Made by a program: the position numbers and the translations under genes | In this document: positions 25,570-33,934 of the stretch, in pieces | How the letters are laid out: each line of letters opens with the position of its first letter | Numbering within the stretch: the stretch's first letter is position 1 | Source: Planctomycetota bacterium | GTDB lineage: Bacteria; Planctomycetota; Phycisphaerae; Phycisphaerales; SM1A02 | DNA length: 64,000 nt | Assembly: GCA_024226535.1 (NCBI GenBank) | Contig: JAAELP010000193.1 | Span: forward strand, 2,706 to 66,705 | Direction: 5' to 3' | Notes under the pieces: model-generated | What the model was told of the DNA's origin: nothing | Databases searched by the model: none | What the model saw: the letters and a program-made list of their open reading frames with translations, nothing else

Positions 25570-26604
25570 ATGTCCGGTGTGCCAATGATTTCGGTGATGG
25601 TGCCGACGTGCAACCGCAGCGCCATGACGCGCCGATGCCTCGACGCCCTCGCGAAGCAGACGCATCCGAACGTCGAGATCGTCGTCGTCGACGACGCATC
25701 GACCGACGACACGCCGGCGATGATCGATGCCTTTCGCGCCGAGCATCCCGACCTGAACCTGCTCGTGCTGCGCAACGACGAGAACCTGGGGGCCAACGCG
25801 AGCCGCAATCTCGGCGTGCAGGCGACTTCGGGCGACTTCGTCGCGTTTCTGGACAGCGACTGCATCGCCGAACCGGGCTGGCTCGAGCAGCTCCTGCGGG
25901 GGTTCGACGACGAGCGGGTTGGCGCCGTCACCGGGCTCGTGCTCGATCCGCCGCCGCGCAACGTCTACGACCTGACGTTCCGGGGCACCCACCGCGTCGC
26001 GAAACGCGGCCCCGCGCGGCGGCTCGTCGCGGGCAACTTGTGCGTGCGGCGCACGCCGCTGCTGGCCGCCACGTGGGACGAGCACGCCGAGCGCCCCCCG
26101 CGGCTCGACGACGGGCGTCCCGACGTCACCTTCTCCGGCGCGTGCGACGAGGAGGGGCTCGGCGTCGCCCTGCGGGCGGCGGGATGGACCCTGCTCGCTC
26201 GCCCCGAGGCCGTCGTCCTGCACGAGCATCACTACGACCGGCGGTCGTTCTTCCGGCAGGCGTACCACGGGGGGCGCGCCGCGGCCGAGTTCGTGCACCG
26301 GTACCGCCTCCCGCCGCGCCTCGACATGGCCCCGTTCCTCGTCGCCTACGGGACCCTGCCCGTGGCGCTGGCGCTCGTCCCGTGGCTCGGGTGGTGGCCG
26401 CTCGCCATCCCCGCGCTCGCCTTCGCGGCGGCGCTCGCGGCGATCACCTACAACGATCTCGCCCGCAAGGGCAAGACGCCCTGGCAGACGATCCGGTCGT
26501 TCCCCGTGCTCGTGGCTTACTACCACGTGCGGCTGTTCGGGTACGTGGGCAAGGGGCTGTCGCTGCGCCTCAGCCGGCGCCCGCCGGCCAGATCAGTGGC
26601 ATGA
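25570..26604 (+). CDS. family 2 glycosyltransferase with C-terminal membrane helices
   Basis: ISVMVPTCNRSAMTRRCLDALAKQT..IVVVDDASTDDT..ASRNLG..AFLDSDC. Hydrophobic C-terminus. Alternative start at ATG 25585. Confidence 0.8.
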   Translation: MSGVPMISVMVPTCNRSAMTRRCLDALAKQTHPNVEIVVVDDASTDDTPAMIDAFRAEHPDLNLLVLRNDENLGANASRNLGVQATSGDFVAFLDSDCIAEPGWLEQLLRGFDDERVGAVTGLVLDPPPRNVYDLTFRGTHRVAKRGPARRLVAGNLCVRRTPLLAATWDEHAERPPRLDDGRPDVTFSGACDEEGLGVALRAAGWTLLARPEAVVLHEHHYDRRSFFRQAYHGGRAAAEFVHRYRLPPRLDMAPFLVAYGTLPVALALVPWLGWWPLAIPALAFAAALAAITYNDLARKGKTPWQTIRSFPVLVAYYHVRLFGYVGKGLSLRLSRRPPARSVA

Positions 26605-28009
26605 CGAACAGCACGTAGACGAGCGCGATGGCGATCTGGATCGCCGCGAAGACCGCGGCCTTCGCGATGAAGCCGGCGAAGGTCAGCTTGATCTCGTACT
26701 TGTGGATGATCGTGACCGCCACGAGCGTGGAGGCGGAGCCGATCGGCGTGAGGTTGCCGCCGAGGTTCGCGCCGAAGATCACGGCCCACCAGAGCGGGTC
26801 GCCGGGCGGGCGCACCGAGCCGTCAGCGAGCGGCATGCCGACGAGGATCTTCGCGAGCATCGCCGCCAGCGGGATGTTGTCGGTGACGGAGCTGGCCGCG
26901 GCGGCGGAGACGAGCAGCGTGCCCGGCGCCAGGACCCCGGGCAGCTCGATCAACGGCGTGAGCCCGCGCCCGATGAGCGCGAGCACCTGCGCGTGCTCGA
27001 GCACGTTGATGAACGCGAACAGCGCCGCAAAGAACCCCAGCAGATCCCAGTCGATCGCCTGGTAGAACCGGTTCACCTCGTGCTTGTAGCGCACGAGCAT
27101 GATCGCCGCGAACATGAGGGCGACGAAGCCCATGCCGAGGTCGTCGAGCAGCGGGCACAGCGACGTCGTGGCGATCGTCACGATGAACAGCACGAGCATG
27201 GCGGCGCCGAACCAGAAGAACCCGGGGCTCGTGATCCCGTCGCGCTCGTCGAACCCCGCGACGAGGCTCGCCGCCTCGGCGCGTTCCTCGGGCGTCGCGA
27301 GGCTGCGGATGCCGAAGACCCGTGCCCCGAGCAGGATCGTCACGACGGTGGCGACCACCACGAACGCAATTGCCCGCACGCAGAAGTCCACGAACGTGAT
27401 GCCGGCGGCGGTCCCCACGATGATGTTCGGCACCGAGCTGATCAGCGTGAGCAGCCCGCCGATGTTCGTCAGCAGGCCCTCCACGAGCAGGAAGCCCAGC
27501 AGGAGGTTCCCCTTGCCGAGCTTCTTCAGCGACACGCCGGAGAGCGAGCCCACGATGACCATCGCCGTGACGTTGTTGAGCACGGCGGAGAAGACGACGG
27601 TCATGATCCCGTAGCACCACAGCAGGCGGACGGGATCGCCCCCCGACGCCTTGGTCAGCCGGATCGCGACCCAACTGAACAGGCCGCTCTTGGACGTCAC
27701 GTCCACGAACAGGCTCGAGCCGAGGATGATCGCGAGCACGCCCCAGTCGATGCCGGGGATGTACACGGGCAGCGACACGTCGTGCCCGAGGATCGCCACC
27801 GTCTGGCGCTCGATGATCCCGAACGCCTCCGCGAGGATCAGCGCGACGCCGGCAAACAGGCCGACGATCAGCGACTTCTTCGCGTGCAGCTTCTCCTCGA
27901 GCGCGAGGCACACGATCATCGCCACGAGCATCCCCGTGAACAGCAGCGTGACGCCCGTGTGCACCTCGTGCTCGACCGTCTCGGACGCGAGTGTCAGCAA
28001 CGGGTCCAC
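26570..28009 (-). CDS. ArsB/NhaD-superfamily ion permease
   Basis: Track ORF, 479 aa, hydrophobic throughout with more than 10 spans. General resemblance to NhaD/ArsB/CitMHS-type permeases. GTG start lies 1 nt after the USP gene stop. Confidence 0.75.
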   Translation of the reverse strand: MDPLLTLASETVEHEVHTGVTLLFTGMLVAMIVCLALEEKLHAKKSLIVGLFAGVALILAEAFGIIERQTVAILGHDVSLPVYIPGIDWGVLAIILGSSLFVDVTSKSGLFSWVAIRLTKASGGDPVRLLWCYGIMTVVFSAVLNNVTAMVIVGSLSGVSLKKLGKGNLLLGFLLVEGLLTNIGGLLTLISSVPNIIVGTAAGITFVDFCVRAIAFVVVATVVTILLGARVFGIRSLATPEERAEAASLVAGFDERDGITSPGFFWFGAAMLVLFIVTIATTSLCPLLDDLGMGFVALMFAAIMLVRYKHEVNRFYQAIDWDLLGFFAALFAFINVLEHAQVLALIGRGLTPLIELPGVLAPGTLLVSAAAASSVTDNIPLAAMLAKILVGMPLADGSVRPPGDPLWWAVIFGANLGGNLTPIGSASTLVAVTIIHKYEIKLTFAGFIAKAAVFAAIQIAIALVYVLFVMPLIWPAGAG

Positions 28010-28010
28010 C

Positions 28011-28850
28011 TCACAGCATCAGCAGCGGAATGCGCCGCAACTCCACCGCCAGCGGATACGCCAGCCCGTGCATGGCGAGCTGGTCGTCTTCCTTCGTGTT
28101 GAGCACGAGCAGGTCCACGCCGTGACGCTCCACGAGATCGCGATGCTCGCGGAGATGGTGACCGAGAACGACGACCTCGTCGATCGTGAGGTCGAGCCCG
28201 TGTTCCTCGAGCCCCGCCCGGCACGACGCGACGTAGTCCCGCGGCTCCTTGAGAAGCTGCTCGGCGATGAGCTCGCGGGCGACGTCGGTGTCGATCTCCG
28301 GGATCTTCGAGATCACGTCGATCGTGCGCTCGAACAGCGCCTCGTCCTCGACGTGGGTGAGCAGGAGCAGACCCCCCGGATCCACGAAGCTCGCCGCCCA
28401 GTTCACGAGCCGGTGGTCACCCGTGAGGTGATCCGTGATCGCCATGACCTCGCGCGCTTCCCATGTCTTCGGCTCGGCGGCCTGCGGGTGCGGCAGCACC
28501 ATCACGGGCACCGCCGTCGCCTGCGTGAGCACCTCGACGTGCGTTCCCAGCGAGAACGGCCAGCCCTTGCCCGTCTGGAGACGCCGGTGGGTGCAGATCA
28601 GGTCGGGGCGATCGCCCTCGACGATCTGCATCAGCTCCGACTCGCGCGAGAAGTCCGTGTCGGCCCGCAGCTCCCACCGCGGCTCGGCAAGCCCCGCGAG
28701 GAAACCGCGCACGCGCTCCGCGAAGAGCGCGGCCTCCCCCGCGTCGAGATCGGTGACGATGAGCACCGAGCCGATCGTGACGCGCTCGAAGACGAACGGC
28801 TCCTTCGACGCGGACCGGAAGACACTCTCGAACTGATCGACGTTCGTCAT
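28011..28850 (-). CDS. tandem universal stress protein (UspA-family) domains
   Basis: Two repeated alpha/beta units, each ending with a USP-like segment (...DLICTHRR...VLTQATAVPVMVL and ...VDLLVLNTKE...LAVELRRIPLLML). Confidence 0.75.
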   Translation of the reverse strand: MTNVDQFESVFRSASKEPFVFERVTIGSVLIVTDLDAGEAALFAERVRGFLAGLAEPRWELRADTDFSRESELMQIVEGDRPDLICTHRRLQTGKGWPFSLGTHVEVLTQATAVPVMVLPHPQAAEPKTWEAREVMAITDHLTGDHRLVNWAASFVDPGGLLLLTHVEDEALFERTIDVISKIPEIDTDVARELIAEQLLKEPRDYVASCRAGLEEHGLDLTIDEVVVLGHHLREHRDLVERHGVDLLVLNTKEDDQLAMHGLAYPLAVELRRIPLLML

Positions 28851-28865
28851 CGCTACACTACGACC

Positions 28866-29414
28866 ATGGCCTCAAGTCCCCGGCGCGTGATCCTGGCCGG
28901 CACTCCCCTCGTCATCGCCGTGATTGTAGTGTGGACGACGGAGAGCATCGGCGGCCCGCTGGCCGCCGGCCTGCTCGTGGGCGCGGGCGTCCTCGGCATC
29001 GTGATCTTCCTGCTCGGACGCCCGCGGGAGCGGGGGCCGCTCGTCGAGCCCGACGACATGTCGCGGATCAGCGACGAGCGGCGGCGCGAGCTCATGCGGG
29101 GCACCAGCCTGTTCCTGCGCGAGATGAAGTACCGCTACTCGGTGCGGCTCGACACCCGCGAGGCGGTCGACCGCCGCTGCTTCTCGGCGGAGGTCAACTC
29201 GATCCGCCTCGGGTTCATCCCGGCCGTGGTCACCGACAACTCCAACGACCGGCAGGGTCTCGGCTTCGTCGCCTTCGTCCACGACGGCAACCGCTGGCGC
29301 GGCCCGGGGCTCCCCTGCCCCGCCGACCAGGCCCAGGCCGTCCAGCACGCGGCGCGGTGCGTCTCGCCCCTGGCAACAGAAGAGGAAACCCACTGGGAGG
29401 GGTTGAACCCCTGA
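28866..29414 (+). CDS. small membrane protein, function unknown
   Basis: ATG 28866 inside track ORF 27651..29414. Two N-terminal hydrophobic spans (LAGTPLVIAVIVVWT, LAAGLLVGAGVLGIVIFLL) followed by a soluble domain with normal composition. Confidence 0.55.
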   Translation: MASSPRRVILAGTPLVIAVIVVWTTESIGGPLAAGLLVGAGVLGIVIFLLGRPRERGPLVEPDDMSRISDERRRELMRGTSLFLREMKYRYSVRLDTREAVDRRCFSAEVNSIRLGFIPAVVTDNSNDRQGLGFVAFVHDGNRWRGPGLPCPADQAQAVQHAARCVSPLATEEETHWEGLNP

Positions 29415-29418
29415 CCCT

Positions 29419-29501
29419 GGGTGCCGTGGTCTTGCCGAAGGCAAGGCCGCGTTCGTGCGACCAGGGCACGCGGCCTTGGCTACGCCAAGACCACGGCACC
29501 C
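29419..29501. repeat. REP/MITE-like nested-hairpin palindromic element, copy 1
   Basis: Left arm GGGTGCCGTGGTCTTGCCGAAGGCAAGGCCGCG, then a 17-nt spacer, then right arm CGCGGCCTTGGCTACGCCAAGACCACGGCACCC. The arms are inverted complements and each arm contains its own small hairpin. A second copy lies at 37906..37992. Confidence 0.8.
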
Positions 29502-30511
29502 ATCGCATGGCGCAACCGTTTGATCACCCCGGCCGGGTCGTCGGCCGCGCAGACGGCCGCGCTGACGGCGACGCCCCGCGCGCCGGCCGCGACGAGCTCG
29601 GGCACGTTCTCCGGCGTGATGCCGCCGATCGCCAGGTGCGGCAAGCCACCGGACGCGACGTATTCGCGCAGGTAGTCGGGGCCGACGATGACCGGCTTGT
29701 CCTTCGTCGCCGACGGGAACATCGGTCCCACCCCGCAGTAGTCCGCGCCGTCGGCGAGCGCCTGCCGCGCCTCGGCGATCCGTGACGTGCTCACGCCGAC
29801 GATGAGCCGGCCCGCCGCGAGGCGACGCACGTCCGAGCACGGCAGATCGGTCTGCCCGAGATGAACACCGTCGGCACCGGCGAGCAGGGCGATGTCGGGA
29901 CGGTCGTTGACGATGACCGCGCTGCGCCCCGCGACGAGCGCGACGATCTCGCGCACCCGATCCAGCAACGCGCGATCGTCCAGGCCCGGTTCGCGCACCT
30001 GGATGCAGTCCGGCTCGCTCCGGGCAACCGCTTCGGCGACTTCGCGCCACGGACGCCCGGCGCACGACGCCTCGCCCAGGATCACGCAGACGCGCCACGG
30101 CGGACGCCGCCCGGCCCCCAGCGCCTCCAGCAGCCGCCGCTCGAGGTCGTACCCGCGATACCGCAGGGCCTCGACCGAGGCCGCGACGTTCGCGTCGATC
30201 GTCTTGGCGTATTCCTCGATCGCGCGGAGGGCCTCGCCGAGGCGTCGACCGGCCGCCACCGCGACGGACGCGACGCCGCGGCGGGTGCGTTCGCCGTCGG
30301 TGGTGATCCGTGTGCCGACGTCGCCGCTCACGTCGCGATCGGCTCCGGCGTCGAGCAACGGCTCGACCGCGGCGGCGAGATCGTGCCGCAACGTCTTGAG
30401 CCCGGCCGTGAGCGGGGCGTCGTCGAGGATGAAGCGCGCCGCCTCCTCCATCACGCGCAGCGCTTCGCGAGCACGATTCGAGTTCGCGTCGATGATGCGC
30501 AGAACGGACAC
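29480..30511 (-). CDS. thiE: thiamine-phosphate synthase with ~130-aa N-terminal helical extension
   Basis: C-terminal ThiE core ..IQVREPGLDDRALL..VIVNDRPDIALLAGADGVHLGQTDL..VGVSTS..ADYCGVGPMFPSATK..LAIGGI. GTG start at 30511 (VSVLRIIDANSNRAREALRVMEE). The track ORF extends spuriously to 31165. Confidence 0.85.
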   Translation of the reverse strand: MSVLRIIDANSNRAREALRVMEEAARFILDDAPLTAGLKTLRHDLAAAVEPLLDAGADRDVSGDVGTRITTDGERTRRGVASVAVAAGRRLGEALRAIEEYAKTIDANVAASVEALRYRGYDLERRLLEALGAGRRPPWRVCVILGEASCAGRPWREVAEAVARSEPDCIQVREPGLDDRALLDRVREIVALVAGRSAVIVNDRPDIALLAGADGVHLGQTDLPCSDVRRLAAGRLIVGVSTSRIAEARQALADGADYCGVGPMFPSATKDKPVIVGPDYLREYVASGGLPHLAIGGITPENVPELVAAGARGVAVSAAVCAADDPAGVIKRLRHAMGAVVLA

Positions 30512-30569
30512 GGCACGCAATGGTAGAACAACGGTACACTCCCCGTCCCCCTGATTTGCGGAGCCATCC

Positions 30570-32039
30570 ATGTTCACATCGATCCGTGTCGCATCCGGCC
30601 GTTCGCCCGTCACCGTGGTGGGGGTCTTCGCCAAAGCCGAGGGGGCGCCGCGCGGCACCGGCCTCGATGCCCGCGGGCGCGCCCGCGTCGCCGACGCGAT
30701 TGCCACGCCCGGGTTCCGGGGAGACGCCGGCGAGATGCTGGCCACGCCCGGCGGCGAGCTCGTCGTCGGCCTCGGCAAGAAGGAAGAGCTGAAGACCGAG
30801 ACGCTCCGCACGGTCGGCGGCCGGCTCGCGCGTCGACTCGACCGGATGAAGGCTCGCGCGGCCCGGCTCGAGGTCACCGCGGGCATCCCGGCGAAGGTCG
30901 CGCGCGCCCACGACGTGGGACGGCTGCTCGGCGAAGGGCTCGGGCTCGCGAACTGGCGCGTGGACTTCTTCGACGGCAAGGCGACACGCACGCCGGCGGC
31001 GCGTCCTGCGCTCTCGGTGACCGCCTCGACGAACGACGTCCGCGCCGGGCTCCGCGAGGGTCTCGTCCTCGCCGCCGCCGCCAACGAGGCCCGCCGCGTG
31101 GCCGCGACGCCGCCGAACATCTGCAACCCGCCGTGGATCGCGCGCGAGGCACGGCGCCTCGCCAAGGCGCACGGGCTGACGTGCCGCGTGATCAGCTACG
31201 CGGAGGCGAAGAAGCTCGGCATGGGCGGCATCGTCAACGTCGGCAAGGGCTCGGCGGCGAAGCCGTGCATGGTGATCCTCGAGCACAAGCCGGCCCGCGC
31301 GAAGAAGGGCGTGAAGGTCGCGCTCGTCGGCAAGACGATGACCTACGACACCGGCGGCTACTCGCTGAAGATCTCCAACTCGATGAAGGGGATGAAGTAC
31401 GACGGCAACGGCGGGTGCGCCGTGCTCGGCACGATGCTCGCGCTCGCGGACCTGAAAGTGCCGGTGCACACCGTCGGGCTCCTGCCGGCGGCGGAGAACA
31501 TGGTCGCCGCCGACAGCTACCGGCCCGACGACATCATCAGCATGTACAACGACGTCAGCGTCGAGGTCACGAACACCGACGCGGAGGGCCGACTGATCCT
31601 CGGCGACGCCCTCGCGTACGCGTGCAAGCGTCTGAAGCCGACGACGATCATCGACACCGCGACGCTCACCGGCGGCGTGGTGGTCGCGCTCGGCAAGTGG
31701 TCGGCGGGCCTGTTCTGCAACGACGATCCGCTGCGGCGCCGGATCGAGGAGGCGGCCGACGCGACGGGCGAGCGCGTCTGGACGCTGCCGCTCTGGGAAG
31801 AGCACCGCGACTTCATGCGGGCCAAGCACGCCGACATCTGGAATTCCGGCCCGAAACGCGACGGCCACCCGATCCAGGGCGCCGCGTTCCTGAGCTACTT
31901 CGTCGACGATGAAATCCCGTGGGCGCACATCGACATCGCCGGCGTCAGCGACGTGGATTCGAACACGCCGCTCCACGTGGCGGGACCGACGGGCTTCGGC
32001 GTGCGCCTCTTGACGGAAACCGTGCGGAGTTATTGCTGA
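30570..32039 (+). CDS. pepA: leucyl aminopeptidase (M17)
   Basis: VGKTMTYDTGGYSLK and the hallmark NTDAEGRLILGDALAYA. Confidence 0.9.
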   Translation: MFTSIRVASGRSPVTVVGVFAKAEGAPRGTGLDARGRARVADAIATPGFRGDAGEMLATPGGELVVGLGKKEELKTETLRTVGGRLARRLDRMKARAARLEVTAGIPAKVARAHDVGRLLGEGLGLANWRVDFFDGKATRTPAARPALSVTASTNDVRAGLREGLVLAAAANEARRVAATPPNICNPPWIAREARRLAKAHGLTCRVISYAEAKKLGMGGIVNVGKGSAAKPCMVILEHKPARAKKGVKVALVGKTMTYDTGGYSLKISNSMKGMKYDGNGGCAVLGTMLALADLKVPVHTVGLLPAAENMVAADSYRPDDIISMYNDVSVEVTNTDAEGRLILGDALAYACKRLKPTTIIDTATLTGGVVVALGKWSAGLFCNDDPLRRRIEEAADATGERVWTLPLWEEHRDFMRAKHADIWNSGPKRDGHPIQGAAFLSYFVDDEIPWAHIDIAGVSDVDSNTPLHVAGPTGFGVRLLTETVRSYC

Positions 32040-32072
32040 TCAATCCGGAATGCGGAATCCGGATTGAATCGG

Positions 32073-32540
32073 TCAACAAGGCGCTTCCCGACTCTTCAGA
32101 CGCCCCGCCTCGATCGCCGTGATCTTCTCCACACGGCGCGCATGCCGTCCACCCTCGAAGTCGGCATCGAGGAACGCATCCACGATGGCGCACGCCTCGT
32201 CCGGCGTGAGGCGATCGGCGGCGAGACAGAGTACGTTCGCGTCGTTGTGCCGGCGTGTCATCTCCGCGGCGGTCGTGTCAACGGCGAGGGCTGCCCTGAT
32301 CCCGTCGACCTTGTTCGCGGCCATCGACATGCCGATCCCGCTGCCGCACACGAGCACGCCGCGGTCCCAGTCGCCACGCGCGACCGCGGTCGCCACGGCA
32401 AAGGCACCATCGGGGTAATCACAGGACGACCCGTCGCACGGTCCGAGCACGCCCGCGTCGTGCCCCCGGCTCTCCAGGTGCTCGGTGAGCCGTGCCACGA
32501 CGTCACATCCGCGATGGTCAGACCCCAGCGCGATCTTCAT
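32073..32540 (-). CDS. rpiB: ribose-5-phosphate isomerase B
   Basis: MKIALGSDHRG..GVLVCGSGIGMSMAANKVDGIRAA..RRHNDANVLCL. Confidence 0.9.
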   Translation of the reverse strand: MKIALGSDHRGCDVVARLTEHLESRGHDAGVLGPCDGSSCDYPDGAFAVATAVARGDWDRGVLVCGSGIGMSMAANKVDGIRAALAVDTTAAEMTRRHNDANVLCLAADRLTPDEACAIVDAFLDADFEGGRHARRVEKITAIEAGRLKSREAPC

Positions 32541-32991
32541 GGAACAACACCTCGCGCAAACGCAGTGGAATGATCTCCCGGAACCGCTTCGCCAGCCGGT
32601 CGTAGGCTGCCTGCTCCTGGCCGATCGGGTCCGGCGTATTGCCGTCGGGATCGAGACGCTGGATCTTCTCGACCTGCTCCGGCTCGTCGGCCACGAGCGA
32701 CCGGGCCGTGGCGACGTGCTCCACGCTCATCGCGAACACCGCCTCGGCCCCACGGATCATCTCGGCCGTGAGCGGCCTGGAGCGGCCGCCGAGGGTCATC
32801 CCCATCTCGCCCACCGCCTGCACGGCCTTGGGCGATACGGGCTCGCCGCCCCCGGTCATGGCCCCGGCGGACACCGCCAGGCACTGCTCGCCGGCGTCGG
32901 CCAGCTCCCGGTCCATCCAATCCTGGGCGATGGCCTCGGCCATGGGGCTGCGGCAGGTGTTGCCCGTACAGATGAACAGGACGGTGCGCAC
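32518..32991 (-). CDS. low-molecular-weight protein-tyrosine phosphatase / ArsC-like phosphatase
   Basis: Active-site loop VLFICTGNTCRSPMAE (C-x5-R-S). GTG start at 32991 chosen just upstream of the P-loop; track ORF starts at 33066. Confidence 0.8.
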   Translation of the reverse strand: MRTVLFICTGNTCRSPMAEAIAQDWMDRELADAGEQCLAVSAGAMTGGGEPVSPKAVQAVGEMGMTLGGRSRPLTAEMIRGAEAVFAMSVEHVATARSLVADEPEQVEKIQRLDPDGNTPDPIGQEQAAYDRLAKRFREIIPLRLREVLFHEDRAGV

Positions 32992-33206
32992 GCCGGTCTC
33001 CACGGCTCGAAACCGCCGGTGGTCGAGCCCTGCGGGATGGTATGCGATCTCCCCGGGGCACAACACCCGGACGGGCTTCGATTACCCTCTCCCGCCGATC
33101 GGGGCAATCGTCCTCGCCATAGATCCCGCTTTTGAGTTATCTTGATTGCGAACCGCAGTTGGTTCACGCGCATTGAGACACGGCGCCCGGGCGCCCGGAG
33201 TCCGAG

Positions 33207-33794
33207 GTGGAATTCGTTCGAGAATCAGAGGTCCTCCCGCTGCTCACCTCACACGGGATCACGTCCGCCGCAGTGGACGAAGATCGCGTGTACCTGCAGA
33301 TGGGGGATGAACCCAACACGGTCCGCGTGCACCTGACCACACCCGATGCGGCGGCCGAGCCCCACGAGGGCGCCCGTGTCGTGCAGGTCGGCTCCGATCA
33401 GCTCGTCGAGGCGATCGACAGCATCATCCACAAGCTGCACTTCGGGCAGCTCCTGCTCATTCCCGTGGGCAAGTGGCGGCACCTGTTCGACACCGTTGCG
33501 TTCGACCTCGCCGACAACGAGGACTGGCAGGCGGTGGACACCGCCGCCACCGTCGAGCTGAACACACGCGACCCGCTGCTCTGCGAGTCGGCCGACTTCC
33601 AGATGGTCATCGCGTTGACGCGGTCCTTGCTCACGAACGCCGATAGTCCGGAGCAGGGATTGTTCATGACCACCACCGCCGCGCCGGTGCTCCTGGAGAT
33701 CGTCCCCGAGGGCGCCGTCCGCGTGTCGATCGGCAACGCCGCGATGGCCGACGAGGTGGCCGGGGCCCTCGACGGCAGCGCGCTCGGTAGCTGA
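33207..33794 (+). CDS. hypothetical acidic protein
   Basis: Track ORF, 195 aa, GTG start. Balanced non-repetitive composition; no recognised motif. Confidence 0.6.
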   Translation: MEFVRESEVLPLLTSHGITSAAVDEDRVYLQMGDEPNTVRVHLTTPDAAAEPHEGARVVQVGSDQLVEAIDSIIHKLHFGQLLLIPVGKWRHLFDTVAFDLADNEDWQAVDTAATVELNTRDPLLCESADFQMVIALTRSLLTNADSPEQGLFMTTTAAPVLLEIVPEGAVRVSIGNAAMADEVAGALDGSALGS

Positions 33795-33934
33795 GCAACG
33801 GGGACCCAACACCGATCGACCTGGGTCATTCCGTCCGCAAGGACCGTCGGACGAAATCACTTTCGTGTCCCCGACTTCGGCGTTGATTTGCCCCGGCGGC
33901 CGGCCGATAAGGGAGGGGCCAGGGAGGATCGACC

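Noticed and set aside
26570-28009. Idea that the ArsB/NhaD-type permease imports sulfate for the neighbouring sulfation island
   Set aside because: This rests only on adjacency and a very broad superfamily resemblance. The gene is coupled to a USP gene and is convergent to the island. No sequence feature I can read specifies sulfate.
30512-30569. TPP riboswitch upstream of thiE
   Set aside because: Only 58 nt separate thiE from the divergent pepA, and I see none of the conserved TPP-aptamer strings (for example CUGAGA ... ACCUGAUCUGGAUAAUGCCAGCG-like).
28872-31976. 1034-aa minus-strand ORF across thiE and pepA, the longest ORF in that region
   Set aside because: It is extremely Arg-rich (RRRGRAVARRRSRSRRERRRRH...) and overlaps pepA (NTDAEGRL motif, + strand) and the true thiE frame. 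This is typical GC-rich open-frame noise.
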